Notes under the pieces: model-generated
Told to the model about the DNA's origin: nothing
Seen by the model: only the letters and a program-made list of their open reading frames with translations
Databases searched by the model: none
Made by a program: the position numbers and the translations under genes
In this document: positions 1-12,809 of the stretch, piece by piece
Numbering within the stretch: the first letter of the stretch is position 1
Layout: each line of letters opens with the position of its first letter
NCBI GenBank assembly: GCA_002633005.1
Contig: NMRA01000137.1
Coordinates: 496,001-560,000, forward strand
Length of the DNA: 64,000 bases
Reading direction: 5' to 3'
Source: Phoronis australis
Taxonomy: Eukaryota > Animalia > Phoronida

Positions 1-96
1 GATCCGGAGGACGCAACCATGGAAGTGACACTGAAGAAACTCACAATCAGCCAAGAAAGCATAACTCTGAAATTGATCGATGTAGATGGTGACAGT
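1..96 (+). CDS. Gene A exon (partial), CUB-like beta strands DPEDATMEVTLKKLTISQESITLKLIDVDGDS
   Basis: Open frame 1 ending at donor gtgcgt (97); aligns with gene B DDSDNMVLKVRVKRFDVGSSTSARLHLIDPFKSSS. Confidence 0.7.
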
Positions 97-3000
97 GTGC
101 GTACGACTTGGGATCTTGAAATTCATTAGATATGGCTGGCGGAGGGCTACCAGTACAAATACAGGCATTAGGTTGCCTGGTTACTTGAATAACTGAAATT
201 TAGTATCTTTACGCCTGGCTCTACGTAAGATTCAGGTCGCGGCATAAACTTTTTATCTAAGGCACTAACGATTTAGTTACTGCAATGTCTAGGCAGTGTA
301 ACCTATTACACTTTTGACAAAATTCGTTGAACGTACAACACTGTGCAGACAGTCTGGAATATGGCTGTCATTTTAACACTAGTTTCTTTGTGTATCCATG
401 CCTCTGGTTTGGCTGCGAACGACCACCGAAGATACAGAGTGCTCAAGCGATTAATATTGAAAATTGTTAATTGCGAACATGCTTTTGTGTTCAACAAATT
501 TTGTCTGCAGGAGGCGCTGCTTCTAATGACGCTCTTATTTTACGTTTGACATATGGAAATAAGGGTATAATGCAATTTTGGAAGGGCAAATATGCCGGAG
601 ATGTACGACACGATACTAGTGGTTTATAGCCGTTTTGACATTTAGAATGAAAAAAGTGTTTAGTTAAAAACTAGAGTCATTTACAAGTAACCTTATGAAT
701 GTCTTACTTAAAAACCAAACCATGTTTAGAAACGCTTGACGCAATAACACCAAAACATGATGAGTATTAGTGTGGGCGATAGAATAACGCGTCAGCTTCG
801 TTTAAAACGTTTTATTCTTGAAGAGACGGTTATCTACAAACGATAAATACAGTTTGTCAAACGACGGAACCAAACAATGTTCTCAGACCGTTACCAAATA
901 GTCAAAACGGCTACCAGACGGGACTCGAACCCGCATAAGACAAAACCACCACAAAGCAGCCGTTACAGTTCAACAATTAAACAACTAGGCATACAATATC
1001 CAGCAGACCTACATGAATAGACTAAACGTAAAGCTTTAACAGAATTACATGTACGTACTGGAGTTTTCCGCGTGGCCCAGCCAATAATCTCTCTACAGTG
1101 CATCACAACATGTTGAAACCAATATTCGAAAATGAGCGCTGTAAATGACTGCTGAAGCTAAAAACCATCAAAACTGCACTGTGATTGGTTATGTTACGAT
1201 GGTAGCATCTATTTAGCCAATAAATGATTATCTAGGAGCGGGGGTAGACAGCAATTACAATGCACTCTGGAAACGCCCTAAGGTGTACATAGAACGCCTC
1301 TAGTGGACATAAAGTTCCTAAACAAAAGACTAATGCTCCTGAATTAACAATGAGAACTGAGCAAAGCTTTATTACTCGACTAATCCCTTGTTCAGCAGTT
1401 GTGGTATGGTAAGACGGAATCTCTGCCATAAATGTTAAAGGCGAAGGAAACCCTTTCCCATGTCATTTTTTAGCAAAAATTAGGTTTGTTGATTATCCCA
1501 GGCATATTGTTCACTTTATTACAATTTTTGTAGTTTAATTAATTACTCGTCCTCTACTCCGGAAGTGACGTTTTGAGAGGCAAGAATTTCGCGCCAATTT
1601 GGTTCTGCGTTGAGTTTACTGTGAGAATATGTACTAATTTTGTTTTCGTGCTGTTTTTCTAAAATTGTCCTCACCACTTCCAATCGACGAGTATTCTACG
1701 ACACGCCAGATTGTTAGGGAACTCAATTACCTTGGATTTATGGATTGTTTAGTTTGTAGTAACTTGAAAATGGCTGGTGTGGGCGACCAATATCACAGTG
1801 ACAGTAGTGACATGATTTACGGAGACATTGTTTATAGCAGTGGTGACGAGGGATTTTTTCACGGACAGTGAGTGGGTGGGTATATGTTTGAGCCCGAGTA
1901 TAATGAGGCAGAGTACGCACAGGCACAACTGTCCCACTTGCTCGAGTGTCCCGCGACACACTGTCACTGGATGGTGACCTGACCACCCAAACTGCTTACA
2001 TCCCGCCGTGTGACTCTCTCGCCACACACCTGGTTCCTTCTAAATAGCTCCAATACTTTAGGCAAGTTCACAATAAACTTATCAAAGTTTGGCTCACAGA
2101 TCTGTTCATTGGACGACGAACTGTCCTCTTCACTGGGTGTCGAATTGAGCCTGTATTCACTCCCACTACTCAACATGGCAGCAGGGCTGCTTACATGCTC
2201 TGGGATAGAGACCACAGCACAGGGCGAATCATTGCTAGTTCCCGGAATTGCACGCTCTGGGAGAACGTTCGGAGGCACAAGTGACTGAAAATGAAATGGC
2301 TCCAGTCACTGTAGTGACCACAGCTCGCGAGGCTTCTCACTTCAAAAACGCACTTCTCGGGGGCGGGGACGGGGCAGTGCCGGGAATCAACGGTGTGCAC
2401 CCTTCTTCAGGTGTTGTTCTGCAGGGACCTTCATAAATTCAGCGTACATATTTCTCTTGTAATCTGACGGCAGAAAATACTTGCCACTCACTCGGTAGCC
2501 CTCCACTGCTTTGAACGTTGCGTGAACGGCTAACGTTGCGTACGTTCTTCACACGAACGAGCCAAGTGTATCATCCTGCGGAAAGCGATACAAAGGTACT
2601 CCCAAAGTGCGTGTAAGACAATAATGAGTACATCCTGGTACGAAGCAACGGTGCGGCACGTTGACTGACTCGTTAACAAAAGCAAACGACGACTTATCTT
2701 ATCACAACCGTGATAGAACAATCACTGACTCGACAGCTCTCACAGTCAAACTATATGAAAAGAAATTACAGAGAAATTTTTGCCTCCCAAAATGTTACTT
2801 CCGGAGTAGAGCACAGGTAATTAATGAAATTACGAAAAGCTGTAATTAAGGGAAAAATATGTATGGGATAATCAACGAACCTTCTAAAAACGACATGAAA
2901 AAGGCTGCCTTCGCCTTTAAGTCTCCCGTTTTCATGAAACGAACACCTGTAAACTCACCATGCGTTGCAACTCACGGCAAATACTTATTTAGACTGATCA

Positions 3001-6000
3001 TCAATCTGTAGTACAATGGTTATTGAAGTTTCTACATCTTTTTTCGCAGACACGAGTATACAACTCAACGCAAAAAGAACAAAAGCCATTCCGTACAGAA
3101 GGAAAACGCCTCCTCGTGATACTCGAGAAGATGCCTGACGGAACGTTCGACGGGGTCTCCTTTTCAATTACTATATCTGTCGAGTGTATGTTGTTTCTAC
3201 TCTAGAAGCATGTAAAGAAATGTCGCCTACCAGGTGGTATTTCTGTGGTACGAATGAGTGCCTATGTGCCGTTTAAATGGCGGGCAGGGTTTTCGCAGTT
3301 TTCGGTATAGAATTGGGTAGTGTTTTGGTCAGTTTTGGTATCGAAATGTGTTTTGATTTCGCCAATTTTGTTGAGGCTCCATTTTCAAGGCATCGCTGCA
3401 ATAGGATTTCTTACCATTTTATTTTCTTGCCGGAGTTGTTTTCGTACCCTCTCGGGACTTTCCGGATGCCTTGTAGCATGTTTTTTACTATTCGCAGGTA
3501 CTGAAACGGACCTAGTTTTTACCTCATGGCGGCACATCTGTGCGATTTTTGTTGTGACGACCACCCTCTCCCACACAACCACCACCCCCGACTACTCACC
3601 CCTCTCACCAGTAGTCACTTAGAAACGTGCGGTGTGCTTGGGCCAGATAACGCCGAGCTCAGTTTTTCAAAGGAGTAGACTTCGTCATCGCTCCAGTTTC
3701 GTTTACCACCGTTCTAGGAAAATGTTGACCACTGTTTTAATGCCATCACTTCCAACTAGTTTTGTCGCCAGCTATTACAGGGAAGGTCATTCAATTGACA
3801 GATGAAAACGAGTCCTGGGTTTCGCGCGAGGCGCGCAGGCTTTTCCGTCAATCGTAAATTTTCTCACCCAACGCGTTTGTTATGCCTGCCGTATTAAGGA
3901 CGTTTAATAAACAGCTTCAAGATTTTAGAGTCTCTGACGAGGGTTACAGAGCATTATTTCCACTCGAAGATGCGAGTTTGGGCTAAAGCAGGGTTTAAGA
4001 TTCCTCTTGCAATTATATGACACTGTGTACTTGAAGGGAGTCCTTACATTCACAGAAGCGTCGGGTTGGAGGTGATGTGTCGTCAACTCTATTAATCGAA
4101 ATGTCCTCAAAGCTGAAAAGGAATTCATTTTGTGTGTCTCGAAGATAGAATAAAATAAGCTTTATTCCAGACTCTCTGTAAAACGAGCGGTTGTCTATAT
4201 CCGAAATTCTATGCTTATTTAGAGACTATAGCCTAAGTGAGAAGCTTTGGCAATTTTTTATCTTTTTCTGAGCTCAGGGTCTAATCTCCGAACTCGACTC
4301 AGAATCAGACTAGAAATATTACCAATTGTGACCGTTTTCACGTTGCGAAGGGCAACCGGAAAAAACACGCGTTTTGAAGTTAGACTCAATGTATTCGCCA
4401 GCGCGCTGTCCGATTCCTGCAAAACGCGATTCGGTCAAGAACTTGTATCGATTTCTACGAAGCCGATTGCGCGCTGGAGGCTGAAACGGGACTAGGCCTC
4501 AACGATCAGTGACAATGTACTCGGGCACAGAATATCACACATACATGTACACTCGAGTTCATATCAAAGTAGAAAAACATTTTAAAACGTAATCCCTGGG
4601 TCGCTTGCGAGTAAATTAAACCCTGGGCCAGCTATAGATAAGGTGAATTTGTTCAAAGAGCCTTTTTGAACGAAACACTTCTCTGAAACGTATGCCGTGA
4701 TTGAATTTGCCATGGACGGAGTGTGAGGAGGCACAAAAGTGACGTTTGAAGTGACGAAAGTGAAAAAAAAAATGTAAATCACTTACATATGTTTACGATC
4801 AAGCTAATTATAACCTGAACGAGTGATTGATTTATTTGCTGTTGCCATCAGCACAACATCATTGCACTATTTTTCTCTGACGTCGGTGTTTCATTGCGTG
4901 CGTGTCTTCTGTTTCATTTCAGTGCCCTCTTTGGAGCTTGAATGGTGGCACTGGCTTCTGGCTGCTCTCGCAGGTACAGCTCTTTTGGTTTTTGGAGTCG
5001 TCGGTATAGTAAAAAGCAAGATAAAAGAATCTCGGGCGCATCCAGCAATGGCCATTGGCATGGTGGAAATGGCGGAAAAGGGTAAGAAGCTCTGATTTTC
5101 ACGTGGTTAAACCAGCTACAGACTAATTCATGTGCTCGTGTTCCAAACTGTAATTTTCTTCACAGTTGCCTTTGTCCTTCCAAACTTTGGCCATGGCTTT
5201 CTTATTATAATTTCTTTAAACTGAAATTGGTAACAATAAATCGAATGGAGGACCCAAACGACTAAAGCATACCTGCCGTGACAACCAACTTAATGAGACA
5301 GTTCTGGATCAGCAAACGATACCCGGTCATTTTGTCCCAAGCATAGAAATCCTGTCCAGTCGGAATACAGAATAAAGTGATATTCAGTCTATTGCAAATT
5401 AAAAATTGGCTTTGAAAGAAGGCGCTGTTGTATTGCCCAGTGAATTAAAGATTACTAATCAAGTGTACATGTAGACAATTGGCCTCCTTTATTTTGATGA
5501 ACAATTCTCGCGTTGACATTGAAGCTTGCCTTTTTCCTTAACATATTTTGTTTTCGTACTACAAGAAGTTGCTTTCTCATGAGCGGAAATTCCGTTCTTG
5601 AGACTTCAGTTCTCTAAAAAATCGCAAAGGCAACATCCAAATTATTAAGTCAAAATGCACGTACTTTGACTATATGAAATGAAATACAGAGATCACGTGG
5701 TGCTCTCTAGCCTAGGTCTGGAATTAACCTCCGTACTCCATTCGTGGCTCGAAATGTGATCGGTTAAATTCATAAACTTGTAGTCCACTGTATACAGCCT
5801 GGTTAAGTTGCGAGTCGGGGTGTGTGAATAGAGTTCTCGTAGGGCGCAATTCAACAGTGAAGCAAGTGAATCAAAATTCAGAGAAATTACGTGGAATCGT
5901 ATTGGAAGAAAAAATGTCGTTCCTTAGAGACGAATTTATGTTGCTGTAAAAAAAGAAATGAGTTCATGAGAAAATGATTTGCGGTTTGTGAGAAAAGGAG

Positions 6001-6589
6001 TACAGTTCGTAGGTAAAGAATTGTGTTAAGGAGAATTGGACGATGAAATGTTTTACGGGTGAAGTGAATTAGTGAGTGGGCAACCCTGAACGACTGTATC
6101 ACCGCAAAATAGATTTGATATCATATAAACTTTACGACTGGCATAGGACAATATTGCCTGGACATTTAGTTCAAGAACCATTAGTGCTAAATTTCTTTCA
6201 CATAATATTCAGAAAACCGACCACCAGTCAATCCTGCGGTGCCCGGCCTCCCGCCTCCAGGCGTAGGAATGACGATGCCAGGTGTGGCACCAGCGTCAGG
6301 ATATGGTACGCCATTTCCACCTGCACCGGGATATGGTACACCTCCACAAACCCCCCAGGGATACGGCGGACCACCTCCACCAGGTTCGGGTTATGGCGCG
6401 CCACCACCAGGATCGGGCTATAGCGCGCCACCACCAGGACCGGGCTTTGGTGCACCGCAGCCTCCGCCGGGATATGGCATGCCGCCGACAACGCCTGGTT
6501 ATGGTGCACCACCTCCAGTTTCACCCTATGCGTACGCTGGTCCAACAAATCCTGTCGCTGGAACCGCACGGCAAGATACAGAAGGTTAA
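1..6589 (+). CDS. Gene A (5'-truncated by window edge): single-pass membrane protein, CUB-like ectodomain + TM + Pro/Gly/Tyr-rich tail; exons 1-96, 3050-3185, 4923-5081, 6213-6589
   Basis: Four exons join in frame through GT/AG sites (phases 0,1,1). Each is homologous to an exon of gene B with the same phase; the TM exon is 159 nt in both. Confidence 0.85.
627..913. mobile_element. Small MITE-like element
   Basis: 13-bp inverted repeat tagccgttttgac / gtcaaaacggcta; no TSD established. Confidence 0.4.
1439..2916 (-). mobile_element. Kolobok-type non-autonomous DNA transposon in gene A intron
   Basis: TTAA on both sides; ~150-bp imperfect TIRs starting AGGCGAAGG; decayed THAP domain on - strand (~2400-2659: PHRCFVPGC...LYRFPQD...FLPSDYKRN...LKKGA); convergent acidic YMFEPE-containing relic on + (~1770-1905). 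Confidence 0.8.
3050..3185 (+). CDS. Gene A exon, C-terminal half of CUB-like domain (TRVYNST...TFDGVSFSITISVE)
   Basis: Acceptor ttttttcgcag, donor gtatgt; homologous to 18563-18701. Confidence 0.85.
4923..5081 (+). CDS. Gene A transmembrane exon (LEWWHWLLAALAGTALLVFGVVGIV-KSKIKESRAHPAMAIGMVEMAEK)
   Basis: Acceptor tttcatttcag, donor gtaaga; hydrophobic helix followed by basic residues. Confidence 0.9.
6213..6589 (+). CDS. Gene A last exon, Pro/Gly/Tyr-rich cytoplasmic tail with ~8 GYG-PP units
   Basis: Acceptor at 6211-6212; ENRPP start matches ENQPP in gene B; stop TAA at 6587-6589. Confidence 0.88.
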
Positions 6590-7111
6590 GGAGATAGTTA
6601 ATACGACGACGAAGATGATAGCGCGGGAATTCCTCATTTGTTAGAAGCCACAGACAGACGTGGAACCACAAAAAGTCAGGAACGTTACATGAAGTCTAGA
6701 TGTAATCCCAACTCTGTCTGGCCTTGTGCATTCACGTTAATAGCGTCTACTTTAGTAATGGACCTTAAAAACTCCCAGCGACTTGACTTTTTGTTACAAT
6801 TGTCAGATTGGTCATACCGTCTCACTTTCCTTACAAGTACTCAAGTTCGTATTGAAGACTCAACATGGAGCGTAATTACGCTGCATGATTTGGATTAAAC
6901 CAGCCTTTGGCCTAATTTAGCGGGCTACAAAACGGAAATCGAATTAAACTTTTTACTCCCTTAAGATAGGTCTAATAATAGTCCTTAGTATTCTAATCCC
7001 ATTATCAACTCAGGTCACAGACAGTGCACACATTTTGAGGTACGCAGTTTTCGGGTGATCAAATCCCAATAAACTCTAAAACGTTACTGATGGCTTCGAT
7101 GTTCATATTGG

Positions 7112-7504
7112 TACAGGGATTTTCTGGAGCTAATCGCATGGGCGTGTATTCGAAAATTGAAAAATTCCACGCGTTTTAACTACAAAGAATATACGCCCGG
7201 GCGTTTATTCGGAAAAGGGGCGGGTAAAAGGAAAGTCATAATTTTGTTGACTTTGACATTTGTTACTGAAAACTGTTTTTGTATATTTGCCAAGACCTTA
7301 TTCGTTTTCATAGAGGTAAATGCTCCACAAAACTGAATTTGTGACAAAGAGTTGACGCTGGGTGGGCTTTTAAGAGAAAAGTTTCCGAATAAACACTCCA
7401 CTATCTGGACACTTGACACCAGAACCTGTTTATTCGGCATAATTTTCCGAATAATCGTCCGTGGGCGTTTCATCGGGTGGGCTTATGTTCGGGAAATCCC
7501 GGTA
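7112..7504. mobile_element. Probable TA-flanked MITE
   Basis: Ends tacagggattt / aaatcccggta with repeated internal gggcg..tattcg motifs; degenerate. Confidence 0.4.
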
Positions 7505-9364
7505 ACAGAAATAGGATCTTATCATCGCCATTGACACCATAAGGTTTTATGAGAGTAAAAGATCTCAGTTGATTTTCGTATTTTGTTCACCTAAACAAGG
7601 TGAAAATATACATCTTTAAGTGTGGTGATTCCTGACACAGTCTTATATGCAAGAGATTTGGCTTCGTCAAAGTGTTTCTTTCAGTCAGCGTTGTTTTCAA
7701 GATGTCACTTGGAGACTGAAGCAAACTTATCTTCATTCTCTGTTGCTACACCCCATGATTTAACAAGTGGTTCAGTGTTGGGGAAAACATTGTCGGTTTT
7801 TTGAGGGTATTCACTGCCCTATTTAGCGTCGTGAAAAGTAACAAGATGTAGAAAAAAATACATTATATACAAAATACTCTTCAGTTGTTAAATCGAGGTT
7901 TATTGTCTTTTATAGGACCTACTTCACGATCGGCCTCGTGAAACGTTTTCACCTCCACTCACATCAGGATCCGCTGTTTTGACTTAAGTCAAGTTTTATG
8001 ACGTTACTTTAAGCTCTACTTTTAAAGGTCAGTCATTTGTTAGAATAAGGGCCTGTTTCATGAAACTTAACTAAGACCGAAATCGGGTTTACTTAACACC
8101 AAACTGTTTTAGCTCCGTTTATGAAATTTTTAAAGATCAAAATTTAGACTGAAATCGATCTAAGCAATGGCCATGTACCGTGGGTCGCCTTCCATTTTCG
8201 TGTACAATATGTTAGAAACATTCTATGAATTTTACACATATCGTGATTTTTTATTACCTTGTGATTTTATATGGAGGCACTCCTGAATTGTGAACTTGAA
8301 AATGACCTATACAGGTATATAGCGTGTGACTTGAGTGGCCGGCAGAGTGGGTGAATAATTCACTAGTGGCCTCTCTGCGGTTGTACACTGTAGCGGTTAA
8401 GCTCGGGGAAACTGCCTAGTAATAATATGCGTGAAATTATATTTAATATGTTGAAGTGATATGACAGTAACCACGGACATTCCATTTTACACTTCTTGTT
8501 GTAATATAACTGTAAATTCACTGAGTGAGAAAATAAGGCATGACACCTCCCGATAAAATCGTATCTTTTAGCAAAATTAATTGTCAAAAGTGACATGATA
8601 TGTCTTTACTCTGTGTTTGTCAACCTACAGTCTTCTTAGTTTTGATTTTACGTATTAATTTAGTGTTCTTCTTCCGACCAACTTTCAAGTAAAATGCATT
8701 AGAAACAACTAACCCTACAATTCCACATTATCTTCTTGACCTCTTTTGAACAGGATAAACATGATCCTTTGTTATTTTATTACCCACGATTTATCGGAAG
8801 TAGCTCATTCTTAAAATGTTCAATATCCTTATCGCCAGTCTTACAGTGCCAAGGCCACGATACTGAACTTACATGGATTGTATAGATGGAATCAAGCGAT
8901 TAGACTGAAAAAATGTGTGATTAGTTGGTGAGTGAAGCTAATTATGAGCAATGTACAAATCAAATTCATAAATGTATTTCAATCAGTGATCTTTAGAGGA
9001 ACTTGCAAGTCAGGACTAAAACCTGCAATTTGCGGTTTGGTTTACATACACAATACAACTGGGTAGAATTCAATAGCTGACTCACGGGGAGAAAAATCTA
9101 AACACGTCAATATCTTGCAGAGTCCCGCGAGATCTCGCTTTTCTAGTGAGGTGGTATTGTTATTGAACTCGGCCATGTACTTCTGTTTTCGTGTGCGAGA
9201 ACGTTATTCAAATAGGAACTGAATTGAAATCTTTGAGCAGCAATTGAAAGAATATTTGTCTCAGAAAAATGCCAGAAAACGAGGTAGAAAATAAATCTGA
9301 AACTAAATAAGGTGATCCATATCCTCTCAAGGATACTATTGTTTCACGAAATGTAGAATATATA

Positions 9365-9520
9365 TATAGGTAAATAAAACAACAAGAAAGGATCAACTGA
9401 AATTTTCGGATATAATAACATCCTTCGCCAACAGAAACAGAAATAAAGTAAAATCAAATTTTATATGACAATTGAGATGTGGCGTAATGAATATGATACA
9501 TTGTTGCGGAAAAAAATCAA

Positions 9521-9525
<5 letters not shown>
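9365..9525 (-). mobile_element. Penelope-like pseudo-LTR fragment (inverted copy of 14230-14402)
   Basis: Near-identical reverse-complement match to the sequence following the GIY-YIG tail at 14020-14225. Confidence 0.7.

Positions 9526-9563
<38 letters not shown>
9523..9563. repeat. (AT)n microsatellite
   Basis: About 20 AT units. Confidence 0.95.
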
Positions 9564-9567
<4 letters not shown>

Positions 9568-10244
9568 TTACATGGCGAAGTCGTTATCCCTCGTTATCTA
9601 GAGCCCGAGTGGATTTTGGAGAATTATCGCCCGAGGGGCGTTAGCCCCGAGGGTGATAATTCTGCAAAATCCACGAGGGCTCTAGATAAGGGGGATAACG
9701 GCTGAGACCATGTAATAATCTATTTATACCACATACTAAACGAGAAACATTGCAATGAATCGATTTACCTTTTCTGACTCTCCACGGCTTTGTAACTACT
9801 TTCTATGTCGGAGGTCGTGACCTTTTAAGAAAAGCCGGGCTACTTTTGTCAAATAATGCTTTTACTCAAAACCAATTGAAAACTTAAATATAATAGAAAT
9901 AAATTGAATTTATGAATTAAGGTTTACCAACTATTATAGCTTAAAACACGTTTTTTCACGCTAAGCTTCGACCGGGAAATTATCGTCTGCTAAAGTAGGT
10001 TACCACTGGTAACTGAATATAATTCTCAAGTCAAAGATCCTGACGACACGATATCCGCATTCAAACTGGAGATCGGTGATTTACAAGTAAGAGGACATGA
10101 GAGAAAAATTTCACTGAATTAAGATATCATTTTTATGGAAATTATGTGTCTTATTTTTCGTAGCGTATAAGTACAGTACAATGCGGTTTGTTGAACGTGC
10201 GATTATTGCGCGTGCTCATTTAAGTATTCTATTTTCACTCTTGA

Positions 10245-10325
10245 TGACGTCAGTCGCTGCATGGTGTAGTGGTAAAGTCGGCGACCAGCAATTCCAGGCT
10301 CCCGGGTTCGACTCCGTCCTTGGTT
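10245..10325 (+). promoter_or_regulatory. tRNA-derived Pol III internal promoter (SINE-like head) preceded by TGACGTCA
   Basis: A box TGGTGTAGTGG (10262-10272) and B box GGTTCGACTCC (10305-10315); no convincing acceptor stem; truncated second copy at ~12229-12280. Confidence 0.65.
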
Positions 10326-11089
10326 TCCTGCCAAATCGTTATCTCACTAGTGAGATAACTTTATGGGTTATTACACGGTTGTATCTGCCATTCGAGGCTA
10401 ATATTGTGGTATAAATATAGATTATTACATGCCAAAGTCGTTATCCCCCGTTATCTAGAGCCCGATTTTGGAGACTTATCGCCGGAGGGGCGTTAGCCCC
10501 GAGGGTGGTAATTCTACAAAATCCACGAGGGCTCTAGATAAGGGGGATAACGACTGAGAACATGTAATAATCTATTTATACCACATACTGAACGAGAAAC
10601 AATGCAAATGAATCTATCTACCTTTCTCGATTCGCCTCGGCTTTGTAACTACTTTCTATGTCAGAGGCCCGGGATCGCAGATCGTGACCTTTTAAGAAAA
10701 GCTGAGTTATTTTTGTCAAATGATGCTTTTACTCAAAACCAATTGAAAAATAAAACAAAATACAAATAAAGTGAATCTATAAATTAAGGTTTAGCAACTA
10801 TTATTGCTTACAACACATTTTATCACGTTAATCTTCGACCGGGAAAATATCGTCTGCTAAAGTCGGTTACCGCTAGTAACTGACTATAATGCTCAAGTCA
10901 AGGGATCCCGACGACACGATACCCCCATTCAAATTGGAGATCGGTGATTAACAAGTGAGAGAACACGAGAGAAAATTTCACTGAATTAGAATATGGTTTT
11001 TATGGAAATTATGCGTCTTATTTTTCATAGCGTATAAATGTCGGTGCAATGCCCTTTGCTGAACATGCGATTGTTGCGCTCATATAAGT

Positions 11090-12201
11090 CACAGGCGCTT
11101 GGGTTTATCTGTTCCTCGATCGAAAATGACGTCACTCACTACTACATGTAAGAAAACATAAAGGTTGGACACTCGAAATCTGTTTGCTCAGAATTTTCTA
11201 CTCAAATGTGCATGGAACTTCAGGAAACTAGCATCGAACAACTTTTAGAATACTTTCTTTCATTCGATCTCTTCAAATTGCCTTCGAGTGGTGATTTGGC
11301 GACAAAAATGCCAAAAGAATGCCAAAATCACAAATTCAAGGAAGTGATTCCGTGATGTCATGGCAGACGGTCTCCGCACATCCGGGTTTTTGACGGACGC
11401 TCCCGAGCTAAATCCGAAAGTCTAATTTCGCACGGCTTTCGCCGTCAATCCATCGACTACTTGATCATGAGAAGCAGAGAGCACTTTATTGCCAAATAAA
11501 TGTAATTACTCACATATTTGTGTCAAATATAAATTATCCTGATACTGTATTGATATGCGAAGTTTTTTGTGTACTGTGATTTCTTATGAAGGTTTTACTT
11601 TCGGCCAAAACCATTGAGTTAACTCGTCGGCCACGCGCTTTGTAATACTTGCACGGACTGCGTTTCCTGGCCGAGTGTGTGTTGTGCTTCAATCAAAAAA
11701 GTGCGTGATGTCAAGATGAGAAACAAGATACGCCAAAATTCTAAATTAAGGGCTAAAATGAGGAATAAAGTTACAAATAATCATTAGAATACTAACTTTA
11801 ACATTCTCAATTAGTTGAGTTTTGGATTAGAATTATTGAATTTGAAATATAGGTTGCTTGCTCAAACTCGAAGTTTCACCTACGACAGGCGTACAAGTTG
11901 AAGCACAACTGAAATCCGCCATGTTTACTATTTCAGGTCCTTGAATTCAGAGTTTTGAGATTGTTTTGCAAATTCCATCGCCAATTCACCACTCACGAAG
12001 ACAGTTAATGGGATCTACACCCATGTAGGAAAGATAAGGCTTCGAAGGTTTATGCAACACCAGACTGAGGGAGGTGCACGCAGATTTTATTTCGATTTTG
12101 GACGGTTGAAGTTGGGAGCCTCGACTTGGCAAAGTTTAAGTCTCCAACCTTTATGTTTCTCATATATGGTTATGAGTGATCTGGAAATCCGAGCGCCTGT
12201 G
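11090..12201. mobile_element. MITE with 8-bp TSD (hAT- or P-type)
   Basis: TSD ATATAAGT at 11082-11089 and 12202-12209; TIR CACAGGCGCT...; sub-terminal inverted matches; the empty site is visible in the sister repeat at ~10218. Confidence 0.88.
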
Positions 12202-12809
12202 ATATAAGTATTCTATTTTCACGTTCGATGACGTCAGCCGCTGAGTGGTGTAGTGGTAAAGTTGGCGACTCGAAACTCTTGAGCATAGGCATCACATAGA
12301 CCGCTGACAACTTGACGCCATATTAGAGAATGCTACTAGTCACGTGACACGGCTGATTGCCGTGTAAACAAACGTGGAAAATTGTCCTTTTCAAAGCGAG
12401 ATATCTAACAAATAAAGAGGCCGATGAAAATGATTTTTTCCAGAAACATACAAAAACATGTGATGTAGCACTTACATGCGTTTTTTAAGATTTAATCAGT
12501 CGATAGAGAAAATATCAAAATATTAGAAGATCGCAACCAGTGACAGATTTTCGAGTGGCCTGAGCGGCTGCATGCCTGTCAATCGACTGCGAGCGTTTTA
12601 TTTTTTCGTTCTTTTCAAGAGAAACCACTGAGATCGCGCAACTTTATCATTTAATTCGTGTCACTCGATGCAAAAACATTGTATCCAGGAAAAGTGCCGC
12701 TCACTCGGGACGTACCCTCGTTGTGCCCCAAGTAAGCCTTTTCACAGAGTGTTGAACAATGACCCCGGATAGCTTTGTAAAATTAATATATTGCCCGGGG
12801 CGCTTTTAA

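Larger units (their letters stand above)
9564..12290. repeat. Tandem ~857-bp repeat with ~160-180-bp hairpins at unit junctions and an internal tRNA-like A/B box; second copy interrupted by a MITE
   Basis: 9564-10420 is repeated at 10421-11089 and resumes at 12202-12290; palindromes at 9564-9719 and 10405-10585 are centred on GGGGC-GTTA-GCCCC. Confidence 0.85.

Noticed and set aside
6076-6671. Overlapping alternative-frame and antisense ORFs (also 25457-25855)
   Set aside because: Shadows of the GC-rich Pro/Gly repeat exons; only the GYG-PP frame splices in phase.
10253-10325. Functional tRNA gene
   Set aside because: A/B boxes are present, but there is no good acceptor or anticodon stem, and it is embedded in a repeat.
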